A stretch of 64,000 bases of DNA from an uncultured Chloroflexia bacterium (GTDB taxonomy: Bacteria; Chloroflexota; Anaerolineae; CG2-30-64-16), in assembly GCA_963810095.1 (NCBI GenBank), contig CAWEMM010000009.1, positions 352,001 through 416,000 on the forward strand. Reading direction: 5' to 3'. Positions 42,398 through 51,246 of the stretch are shown here, piece after piece. Within the stretch, counting starts at the first letter, position 1. Each line of letters opens with the position of its first letter. The position numbers and the translations under genes are program-made. The notes beneath the pieces are model-generated. The model saw nothing but the letters and a program-made list of their open reading frames with translations. It made no database searches and was not told the origin of the DNA.

Positions 42398-44966
42398 ATG
42401 GGGCTTGCGAGATGACGGAAGGAGCAACCGGGCACGAAGCGGCGGAGCGCCCAACCGGGGCGCCGCTTATGATCACACGAGCATCGAGCGTAAGTGGCAG
42501 GAGCGTTGGGCGGCCGCCGATCTCTATCGCACGCCCGAGCCCGGGCCGGACCGGCCCAAGTTTTACTGCCTGGAGTTCTTTCCCTACCCGTCAGGAAGCG
42601 GGCTGAGCGTCGGGCACGGCCGTAACTACGTGCCGAGTGATGTGATCGCCCGCTATTACCGGATGCGGGGCCGCGCCGTCCTGCACCCCATGGGCTGGGA
42701 CGCGTTCGGGCTGCCCGCCGAGAACGAGGCGATCCTGCGCGGCATTCACCCTGCGGAAACCACCGTGCGCTACTCGGCCAACTACAAGCGCCAGCTGACC
42801 CTGATGGGCTGCTCCTATGATTGGGGACGCGAAATCAACTCGAGCAGGCCCGAGTTCTACCGCTGGACCCAGTGGTTTTTCCTGCTGCTGTACCGGCGCG
42901 GCCTGGCTTACCGGGCAACCGGCCGGCAGTGGTGGTGTCCCGGCTGCAAGACCGTGCTGGCGAACGAACAGGTCGACGCGGACGGCGTTTGCTGGCGCGG
43001 CCACACGGGTGTGTACAAGCGTGACATGGAGCAGTGGTACTTCCGCATCACGGCTTATGCGGACCAACTGCTGGACGACCTGGCAACTCTGGACTGGCCT
43101 GAGCACATTGTGGCCATGCAGCGGAACTGGATCGGCCGCAGCGAGGGCGTCCAGTTCGCGTTGGCGGTGGAGGGTGACGGCGGGGCAAGCGTCGAGGTCT
43201 TTACGACCCGGCCCGACACGCTGCCCGGGGTGACCTTCGTCGCGCTGGCGCCCGAGCATCCGCTGGTCGACGTGATGACGACTGCCGGGCAGCGCGCGGC
43301 AGTGGACGAATATCGCGGCCGGGCGATCCGCCGCAGCGAGGTCGACCGGATGCAGGGGAGCCGCGAGCGCACGGGTGTGTTCACCGGCTCGCACGCGGTC
43401 AATCCCGTGACTGGCGAGCGCGTGCCCGTGTATGTGGCCGACTACGTGTTGATGTCGTACGGGGCCGGCGCGATCATGGGCGTGCCCGCGCACGACGAGC
43501 GCGATTATGACTTCGCGGTCCGCCACGGCCTGCCGGTCAAGGTCGTCGTCGCGCCGTCAGGGGCGGGCGGCAACACCTCCGGAGTCTCGGGCGGCGCGTA
43601 CACCGGGACGGGCGTCATGGTCAACGCCGGCGGGTGGGACGGGCTGGCGTCTGAGGAGGCAGGTCGCCGCATCGCCGCATTCCTGGAGGAACGCGGTGTG
43701 GGCCGGCGCACCGTGCAGTACAAGATGCGCGACTGGCTGATCTCCCGCCAGCGCTACTGGGGTGCGCCCATCCCCATCGTCTACTGCCAACGCTGCGGGA
43801 CAGTGCCCGTTCCCGAGTCAGACCTGCCCGTACTGCTGCCCCCGCTGGAGTCATGGCTGCCGGGCGACGACGGGCGCTCGCCGCTGGCCGCGCTGCCATC
43901 GTTCGTCGAAACGACGTGCCCGGTGTGCGGCGGGCCGGCACGGCGCGAGACCGACACGATGGACGGCTTTGCCTGCTCGAGCTGGTACTTCCTGCGCTTT
44001 GTCAGCCCGCATTATGGGGACGGCCCGTTCGATCCGGCCGCCCTGGCCCAGTGGGGCAGCCCCGACCTGTACACCGGCGGCGCGGAGCACGCGGTGATGC
44101 ACCTGCTCTACGCCCGGTTCTGGACGAAGGTGATGGCCGACGCGGGCATCGTACCGTTCCGCGAGCCGTTCCCTGTACTGCGAAGCCAGGGCACGATGCG
44201 GGTGCGCGACGGCGGCTCGGGCGAGCTGCGCAAGATGTCGAAGTCGGCCGGCAACGTTGTGACGCCGGACAGCGTGGCCGAATCGCACGGCGGCGACGCG
44301 CTGCGCATCTATCTGCTCTTCATGGCGCCGTTTGAGAACAGCACGGTGTGGGAAGAAGAGGGAATCAACGGCGCGCGGCGCTTCCTCGAGCGGGCGTGGC
44401 GGTTAGTCGACGACGTGGCGGCCGCGGCGCCGTCCGAGATCGGCTCGGGCGAGGGGGACCGCGCTGCCGACGAGCGGCTGGCGCGTGCCATGCACCGGGC
44501 GATCGGACAGGTGACGGGCGAGATCGAACGCCTGGAGTTCAACACCGCGGTTGCGGCGTTGATGAAGTGCCTGAACGCGATGAGTGACTACCGGGTCGAG
44601 CACGGCGTCACGCGGGCTCTGACGGGCGCGGTCCGCACCTTCGTGCTGCTGTTGGCGCCGTTTGCGCCTCACATCGCCGAGGAACTCTGGGAGCGGCTGG
44701 GAAACCCCGCCGGCGACGTGTCTAGTGTGCATATCCAGCCGTGGCCCGTGTGGGACGAGGCCCTGGCCGCGGAGGAGACCGTGACGCTGGTGGCGCAGGT
44801 TGACGGCCGGGTACGCGATCGCCTGGCATTGCCCGCGGGGGCAGAGGAGGACGCAGCGGTGAGGCTGGCGCTGGCCAGCACGGCCGTGCAAAGGGCGCTG
44901 GCTGGCCGGCCGCCGGCCCGCGTCGTTTACGTGCCCGGCCGGTTAGTCAACCTGGTGACGGGGTGA
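42398..44966 (+). CDS. leuS: Leucine--tRNA ligase (start inferred from AAGGAG + ATG 42398 with a probable homopolymer indel)
   Basis: FFPYPSG.GLSVGH (HIGH variant), GWDAFGLPAEN, FTTRPDT, GVPAHDERD, RDWLISRQRYWG and KMSKS. Confidence 0.95.
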
Positions 44967-47052
44967 GTCGCCGGCCAGAAGGATAAGAATGGGACGCTGA
45001 TGCGACTGATTGAACTGATCTGCACGGTCTCCGGCTAGAGATCAGGCGGATCAGTCGCATCAGTTCGATCAGCGTCCCATTATCAGAAGCCGCTGTTCGA
45101 CTCACCGGCGCCCTGCCGCCCACTGTTCGATCGTTTCGGCCGCTGATACAACTGATTGGACTGATTTGCACTGTCTCCGGAAAGAGATCAGGCGGATCAG
45201 TCGCATCAGTTCGATCAGTGTCCCATTGCAGAAGCCGGTTGGCCTCCTCCAGCAGCAGCTTGCGCTGCGCTGGCGTCGGCTGGCCGGCCGCGAAGGGCAG
45301 TTGCACGATCTCGTCGAAGATCGCGGCCAGCGCGCCCACTCGCTCGCGGCGTGTCGGCAGCTTCGCCCCCGCATCGAGCATCCGCTCGTAATGGATCACC
45401 TGTGGCGTCAGCCGCTCGGCCAGCAGCGCCTCGAACGCCTCGATGCACCCCTCGAACGGCGCGACCTGCGCCAGCCATTCCTCGCCGAGCCGGTTCCGCT
45501 GCTCCGGCGTCACCCGCCGGATGGGTTCCAGGTCGGCCGGGTCGTCGACGACGAAGTAACCGAGCGCTTCGAGCACGGCCAGGTTATTCTTAACCATCGT
45601 GCGTCGCTCGGCCTGGCCGCCGTCCGGCCCAGGGGCGTCCAGAAGCGCGGTCGCCTTCAGCTTGCCGTCGAGGCGCAGCCGCGGCACGAAAAGCGCCCGC
45701 GTCCGGCCGCCTTCCTCGGTCACGAAGATGTTCTGCGTGTGGTTCTTGATGCGGATGCCGTTGCCAAAGCGCAGGTCGTACTCGTCGTGCTCGTGGTGCG
45801 ACCGGTCCGCGTTCAACTCTTCCCAGTGCCCCGCGACCTTATCCGCGACAAAGAGCAGGTCGGCGCGGTCGCGTGCCACCCCGTCAGACGCCGCAATCTC
45901 ATAGACCGGCATTGGCCAGTCAAGCCGGGTGACCGTAACATCATCAAGGCGCGCGACCGCCCTCTGGGGCTGCGCCCTGAGCACGGGGATGTCGGGGAGC
46001 TTGAAGAACTGGTAGTGCTGGTGATAGATCGTGTTGCCCGCCCAGTGGTTGCAGACGCCGCTGACGGGCGTGGCTTCGGGGTCCGCGCCGTACCGCTCGC
46101 AGAACGCGCGTATGTCACGGTTGATGACCGATACGAGCGTAATCAGGTCGCTGAACGAGTACGACTGAGGGTCCATGTTCATGACCAGGTCGTTGATATG
46201 CGGGAAGTCCCAGGCCAGGAAATGGCACGCGGTGCGGGGGTCGCCCAGCGGCGCATAGGTGAATCCGAAGCGGTAGTTCCGCACGGTCGCGCGCACCTGC
46301 CCTTGCGGCTCACTGCCGGCGTGGACCGGCGTCGAGTGGATGGTGGCCTCCCGCGGGTTGAGCACCGCGACGGAGCAGTAATTGCACGACGACTTGTACT
46401 GGATCGTTCCCCAGATCAGCTTTCGCAGGGGCTCGTAGCGCTGTGGCAGGATCAGGGCGTCTTCGCGCAGGAGCGGCCCGTCCATCTTGACGTAGACCGG
46501 GCGCCGCGATCGCTCGATCATGCGCTTCGCCGTCGTATCCTTGAACTGGATCTGCCGGTTGTTAACGTCGGCACGGATGAGGATGCCCTGCAACTCCAGG
46601 TGGTGCAGGATGGCCGACACGTCGGCCACGGTGAAGGGGCCTCCGCCTTCAGCGTTCAGCGCGTCCAGGTCGAAACTGAACGTACCGATCAAGCCGTCCT
46701 CGTGGTAGATGAACTCGACGGGATCGGCCTTCGGGTTCATGATGTGCAGCCGGCGCAGCTCGGCCTTGTTCCCACGGATGCGCCGGATCGGGATGTGGAC
46801 GAACGCGAAGCGGTCGCCCCCGGCGGGGACCTCTGGGTCGGGGATCACTTCGATTTGCTTCTCCCCTTCCACAACCGGGATGTGTCCGATCCTCAGCCCG
46901 TGGAGGTGGGCGACCGCGACGGCGATGCCCAGACCATGCTCGGCCAGCACGTCGCGCAGCAGCTCGCCAACAACTGCCATGTTCGTTTCAGAAATCAGCC
47001 GGCAGCCGGGCGCATCGAAAAGCTGCTCCAGCACTTCCTGCAGGGTAGGCAT
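44947..47052 (-). CDS. Large hypothetical protein with a HIT/GalT-like HxHxQ motif; C-terminus runs into repeats
   Basis: Long ORF with coding-like composition; NHWAGNTIYHQHYQFF motif. Confidence 0.6.
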   Translation of the reverse strand: MPTLQEVLEQLFDAPGCRLISETNMAVVGELLRDVLAEHGLGIAVAVAHLHGLRIGHIPVVEGEKQIEVIPDPEVPAGGDRFAFVHIPIRRIRGNKAELRRLHIMNPKADPVEFIYHEDGLIGTFSFDLDALNAEGGGPFTVADVSAILHHLELQGILIRADVNNRQIQFKDTTAKRMIERSRRPVYVKMDGPLLREDALILPQRYEPLRKLIWGTIQYKSSCNYCSVAVLNPREATIHSTPVHAGSEPQGQVRATVRNYRFGFTYAPLGDPRTACHFLAWDFPHINDLVMNMDPQSYSFSDLITLVSVINRDIRAFCERYGADPEATPVSGVCNHWAGNTIYHQHYQFFKLPDIPVLRAQPQRAVARLDDVTVTRLDWPMPVYEIAASDGVARDRADLLFVADKVAGHWEELNADRSHHEHDEYDLRFGNGIRIKNHTQNIFVTEEGGRTRALFVPRLRLDGKLKATALLDAPGPDGGQAERRTMVKNNLAVLEALGYFVVDDPADLEPIRRVTPEQRNRLGEEWLAQVAPFEGCIEAFEALLAERLTPQVIHYERMLDAGAKLPTRRERVGALAAIFDEIVQLPFAAGQPTPAQRKLLLEEANRLLQWDTDRTDATDPPDLFPETVQISPISCISGRNDRTVGGRAPVSRTAASDNGTLIELMRLIRLISSRRPCRSVQSVASASHSYPSGRRLTPSPG
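44988..45081. repeat. Palindromic repeat, family A
   Basis: AATGGGACGCTGATGCGACTGATTGAACTGATC ... GATCAGTCGCATCAGTTCGATCAGCGTCCCATT. Confidence 0.85.
45141..45227. repeat. Palindromic repeat, family A (tandem neighbour of the 44988 copy)
   Basis: Right arm AGAGATCAGGCGGATCAGTCGCATCAGTTCGATCAG(T/C)GTCCCATT nearly identical to the previous copy. Confidence 0.85.
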
Positions 47053-47171
47053 GGTCGTCAATCCTTTCCGCCCCAAGCTTAGCACTGGGCAGACGCGGCG
47101 GGCAAGCGGTGCGCGCCGCTTGCGTTCCTGCTTCCGGGGTAGTAGAGTGGTGGCATCCCGGAGGTGACGAA

Positions 47172-48011
47172 ATGGAGCTACAGGATTTGCAGTCGATGCG
47201 TGAGAGCTTCGCGCAGACTGGGCGGATGCCCGTGCTCTTCGTGGGGCACGGCAGCCCCATGAATGCCATCGAAGATAACGAGTTTTCGCGGGCGTGGGCC
47301 GCCCTGGGCCCGGCGCTGCCCCGGCCGCGGGCCATCCTGTGCATTTCGGCGCACTGGGAGAGCCGGGGAACCCTGCTCACCGCGATGGAGCAACCGCGCA
47401 CCATCCACGACTTCGGCGGCTTCCCGCCCGAGCTGAATGCGGCGCAGTACCCCGCGCCGGGCAGCCCTTCTCTGGCAGAGGAGGCGCGCGAGCTGCTGGG
47501 GCTGGCCGGCGACGCGCTCGACCTGCGCTGGGGGCTGGATCACGGCTGCTGGAGCGTGCTGAAGCCGATGTTCCCCCTGGCCGACATCCAGGTCGTCCAG
47601 CTCAGCATGGACTACTTCAAGCCCGAGCAGGCGCATTATGAGCTGGCGCGCGGCCTCGCACCACTCCGTCGCAAGGGCGTGCTGATTCTGGGCAGCGGCA
47701 ACATGGTGCACAACCTGCGCCTGGTCCGGCTGCCCGGCGGCTGGCCCGACAGCATCAACACACCCTTTGCCTTCGATTGGGCCATCGAGGCGAATGACCT
47801 GTTCAAGAAGCTGGTCGACGATCGGAACCACGGGCCGTTGATCGATTACCCAGGGCTGGGCCGGGCCGTGCAACTGGCGGTGCCCACCCGCGAGCACTAC
47901 CTGCCCATGCTGTACGCGCTCGCGCTGCAGGAACCGGACGAGCAGGTGCGCTACTTCAACGACGTCGCGGTAGCGGGGTCATTGACCATGACCTCATTCG
48001 TGATCGCTTAA
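47172..48011 (+). CDS. ygiD: 4,5-DOPA extradiol dioxygenase (YgiD/LigB family)
   Basis: FVGHGSPMNA, ISAHW, HDFGGFP, WGLDHG, GSGNMVHNL and PTREHYLP. Confidence 0.88.
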   Translation: MELQDLQSMRESFAQTGRMPVLFVGHGSPMNAIEDNEFSRAWAALGPALPRPRAILCISAHWESRGTLLTAMEQPRTIHDFGGFPPELNAAQYPAPGSPSLAEEARELLGLAGDALDLRWGLDHGCWSVLKPMFPLADIQVVQLSMDYFKPEQAHYELARGLAPLRRKGVLILGSGNMVHNLRLVRLPGGWPDSINTPFAFDWAIEANDLFKKLVDDRNHGPLIDYPGLGRAVQLAVPTREHYLPMLYALALQEPDEQVRYFNDVAVAGSLTMTSFVIA

Positions 48012-48015
48012 CAGC

Positions 48016-49239
48016 GTGACCGGTCCGTCTCCCGCGCCACCCAAAGGGAGCCGCACGCTTGGCGTCCTGCGCCAGGTGGTCTTCCTCGTCTCCATGCCGT
48101 TCTTCATCCTCGGGCTGATGCTGCCGGTCTACGGGAAGGAGATCGGCGCGAGCGTGCTGCAGATCGGGCTCTTCTTCTCGGCGTTCTCGCTGGCGACGGT
48201 GTTCCTCCGGCCCGTCGTCGGTTGGGGACTCGACCGGTTCGGGCGGCGCGGTTTCTTTCTGGTCGGCGTCGCGGGCTATGCCATCACGATGTTCGGGTTC
48301 GCGTTCATCGACCAGATCTGGGCGGTGGTCGCAGCCCGGGTGGTGCAGGGAATTGCGTCGTCGTTTTTGTGGTTGGCCTCCAGCGCAATGGTTGCAGACA
48401 GCGCCGGAGAGCAGGAGCGCGGCGTCTCGTTCGGGGGCATTACGGAGGCCAGCAGCCGGGGCTCCATCGTCGGGACCTTCATCGGCTTCACCCTGCTGAG
48501 CACGCCGTTTGGCAAAGATGGATTCGGCTTGCCGTTCAGCAGCTGGACCGCCCTCTTCGTCCTCTTCGGGCTGGTCAACCTGGCCGCCCTGGCCGTCGCG
48601 CTGCGCAAGCTGCCCGAAACCCGGCCCGCTCGTCACCTGGAGGAGGATTCGCGCATCCGGTGGTCGCAGACCTGGGTGCTTCTGCTCCTCGTGACGCTGG
48701 TCACCGGCGCGTCGGCCGCAATGATCTCTCCGATCGTGATCATCTTCCTCCAGGAGAAGCTCGGGGTGGGGCCTTCGACGCTGGGCTGGGCTTTCCTGCC
48801 GACGGGCCTCGTCTGGGCGCTGCTCCCCTCCAGGCTGGGTAAGTTGGCAGATCGCTTCGGGCGCAAGCCGCTGATGCTGCTCGCCTTGGTGGCGGCCGCG
48901 GCAACTTCATTCATTGTGCCTTCGATCGCGACCGTCGTGGGGCTTGCGCTGCTCTGGGCGTTCCAGGCCGCGTGCTACGCCGCGGGCGACCCTGCCGAGC
49001 AGGCGCTGGTGGCAGACCTGACTGGGCGACAGCAGCGAGGCCGGGCTTACGGGCTGTATGTAATGTGCGCGGACCTGGGCGCGACGATTGGGCCGCTGGG
49101 GGGCGCGTGGCTGTACCAGACCTATGGCCCGCAGGCGCCCTTCTATGCCAACGGCGTCATCCTGGCGCTGTGTGCCCTGGTGCTGCTGATCTTCCTGAAA
49201 ATTCCGCCGGTCGCTCGACCCGCACCTGCCCCAGCCTGA
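48016..49239 (+). CDS. MFS transporter
   Basis: Multi-TM hydrophobic pattern; GWGLDRFGRR and GKLADRFGRK motif A. Confidence 0.9.
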   Translation: MTGPSPAPPKGSRTLGVLRQVVFLVSMPFFILGLMLPVYGKEIGASVLQIGLFFSAFSLATVFLRPVVGWGLDRFGRRGFFLVGVAGYAITMFGFAFIDQIWAVVAARVVQGIASSFLWLASSAMVADSAGEQERGVSFGGITEASSRGSIVGTFIGFTLLSTPFGKDGFGLPFSSWTALFVLFGLVNLAALAVALRKLPETRPARHLEEDSRIRWSQTWVLLLLVTLVTGASAAMISPIVIIFLQEKLGVGPSTLGWAFLPTGLVWALLPSRLGKLADRFGRKPLMLLALVAAAATSFIVPSIATVVGLALLWAFQAACYAAGDPAEQALVADLTGRQQRGRAYGLYVMCADLGATIGPLGGAWLYQTYGPQAPFYANGVILALCALVLLIFLKIPPVARPAPAPA

Positions 49240-49266
49240 AGCGCCCGGGTCCACCGGCTCAGCCCC

Positions 49267-49761
49267 TCATCTCCTGGCGCGTAAGAACGTGATCACATCC
49301 AGGTCGCCCGGCGACAATCCATACGTGGTGAGCAGGACCGCCGCCTCAGAGCGGTGCTGCGTGCCATGGTTCAGCACGTGGAGCAGGAGATGCCAGAGCA
49401 CGTCCGACTGCGGCACGCCCTTGGTCGTCTTGTAGTCGACCGGCGCGTTCAATTTGGTGTCCGTTAAGCCCGCCACGGTCTCCTGTAGCGCCGCCGCCTC
49501 GACTGCCCAGCGCTTCTGCAGGCCCTCAAAGGCCGGTAGGTCGGCTTCCTTCAAGACGGTAGTCGGGGATTCGCCCTCGAACCTCGTCCGCCAGACGATT
49601 TCGGCGGACAGCGCATGCACGAGCGTGCCGCGCAGGCTTCCGTGGGGCACCGGTGCGAGCGCAACGTACTGGTCTTCGGTCACGCGGGCGGCTTGGGTCA
49701 GCACCCGATCCCAAGCCCAGGCGTGGTAACGGAACAGCGTGACGATATCGTCCCGGTTCAT
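49267..49761 (-). CDS. DinB-family protein
   Basis: SLRGTLVHAL and HVLNHGTQHRSE. Confidence 0.88.
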   Translation of the reverse strand: MNRDDIVTLFRYHAWAWDRVLTQAARVTEDQYVALAPVPHGSLRGTLVHALSAEIVWRTRFEGESPTTVLKEADLPAFEGLQKRWAVEAAALQETVAGLTDTKLNAPVDYKTTKGVPQSDVLWHLLLHVLNHGTQHRSEAAVLLTTYGLSPGDLDVITFLRARR

Positions 49762-49899
49762 ACAGCATCTCCTTCACGACGTCGATCGCGCAGGCTGGCC
49801 CGCGCCGGTTCGCGTCGCCTCAAGCAGAAATGAACAGCCCCACCGTTACTGGTGGGGCCTCATCCTCTCGCTCACGGGCCGCCGCCCCGCCGTGTGGCG

Positions 49900-50328
49900 C
49901 TACTGGCGCGTCTCGCCCGTGTCCAGGCTCATCTGCCAGGGGAGGCCGAACTTGTCGGTCACCATGCCGTACAACGGCGTCCAGAACGTCTGCTGCAGGT
50001 CCATGTTCACCCGGCCGCCTTCTTTCAGGCCGTTGAATGCCCGAACGAGTTCGTCGCGGTCCTTGCTGACCAGCGTCAGGCTGATGTTGTTGCCCACCGT
50101 CAGCGGCATGCCGGGGAAGGTGTCTGAGAACATCAGCGTCGACCCGCCGACCTCGATCTCCGAGTGCATGATCAGGTTCTTCGCCGCCTCGGGCATGGGA
50201 TGTGCCGGGTCGCTCGGGCCCTGCCCGAAGGTCATCGTGCCCCGGGGCTCGGTATTGAAGACCTTGGCATAGAATTCGATCGCTTCGCGGCAGTTGCCCG
50301 GGAAGTTGATATACGGATTGATCGCCAT
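49900..50328 (-). CDS. VOC/PhnB-family protein
   Basis: YINFPGNCREAIEFY, IMHSEI and YGMVTDKFGLPWQ. Confidence 0.88.
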   Translation of the reverse strand: MAINPYINFPGNCREAIEFYAKVFNTEPRGTMTFGQGPSDPAHPMPEAAKNLIMHSEIEVGGSTLMFSDTFPGMPLTVGNNISLTLVSKDRDELVRAFNGLKEGGRVNMDLQQTFWTPLYGMVTDKFGLPWQMSLDTGETRQ

Positions 50329-50469
50329 TCGTGTGCTCCTTGCTCGTGGGCTCGGCCGCGCCCGTCTGGTCGGGGGCCGGCCGACCAGACGACTATACGC
50401 CGCGCGACGCGGCGCTGTTTGTAAGTGATCGTCCCTTACTGCGGCGCTGCGACAAAGGCGATGCCGCGC

Positions 50470-51234
50470 CTAGCCCGGCGCGGCGGCGGCCATCGCTTGC
50501 GCCGCGCTGCGTCGCCGGCACTCGGGACAGAGGCCCCAGCGGTCATCGCCCGTGCCGGTCAAACCCGCCAGGAACGCCATGGGCTCCGGCGCGTAGGGGC
50601 GTCCGCAGCCCGGACACGGCTTGAGCGGTACGACGGTGTCCCAGAGCCGCAGCCGGCGTTCTCCTGCCCCATCCTCGACTCGAACTGCGCCGGTCGGGCA
50701 GACCGCCGCGCACGCGCCGCACCCGATGCAGGCGTCTGACTGGACGTGGAACGGCGCTGCAACCTCCCGGCCCGGGCCTCGGCCCATGAACCCGATTGCG
50801 GCCGCGCCCACCAGGTCACGGCATACCCGCACACAGAGCCCGCACAGCACGCACAACTCGTCCGGCTTGCCGCTGCTTGCAAAGCGGGTCGAGTTGAGCC
50901 CTGCCTCCGCGGCCAGGTCTTGGATGAGGCTCGACGTGGGGCAGCGGGCGAGCAGGAACTCCAGCATCATCGTGCGGGCCGCCACCGCGGCCGGTGCGCG
51001 GGTGTCCACCACCAGGCCCTCGGCTGCAGGATGGGTGCAGGCGGCCGCGACCTGCCCCGGCCCCTCCTCCGCGGCACGCGTTTCGACCAGGCATAGGCGG
51101 CACGCGCCGTAGGCCGGCAGGCCCTCCCAGTGACACAAGGTCGGCAGGTGGACGCCTGCGAGACGGACAGCATGCAGGACGGTCGCGCCGGGCGGGACGG
51201 TGACGGGTTGGCCGTTTACGATCAGCGTTGGCAT
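50470..51234 (-). CDS. HoxU/NuoG-N-terminal-like Fe-S protein (2Fe-2S + 2x4Fe-4S)
   Basis: PTLCH, GACRLC..AAC, CVLCGLCVRVC and CIGCGACAAVCP; no catalytic domain follows. Confidence 0.85.
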   Translation of the reverse strand: MPTLIVNGQPVTVPPGATVLHAVRLAGVHLPTLCHWEGLPAYGACRLCLVETRAAEEGPGQVAAACTHPAAEGLVVDTRAPAAVAARTMMLEFLLARCPTSSLIQDLAAEAGLNSTRFASSGKPDELCVLCGLCVRVCRDLVGAAAIGFMGRGPGREVAAPFHVQSDACIGCGACAAVCPTGAVRVEDGAGERRLRLWDTVVPLKPCPGCGRPYAPEPMAFLAGLTGTGDDRWGLCPECRRRSAAQAMAAAAPG

Positions 51235-51246
51235 CTCCGCACCTCC

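Noticed and set aside
44988-45227. Tandem repeats as a CRISPR array
   Set aside because: Only two long palindromic units, no repeat-spacer series and no cas genes
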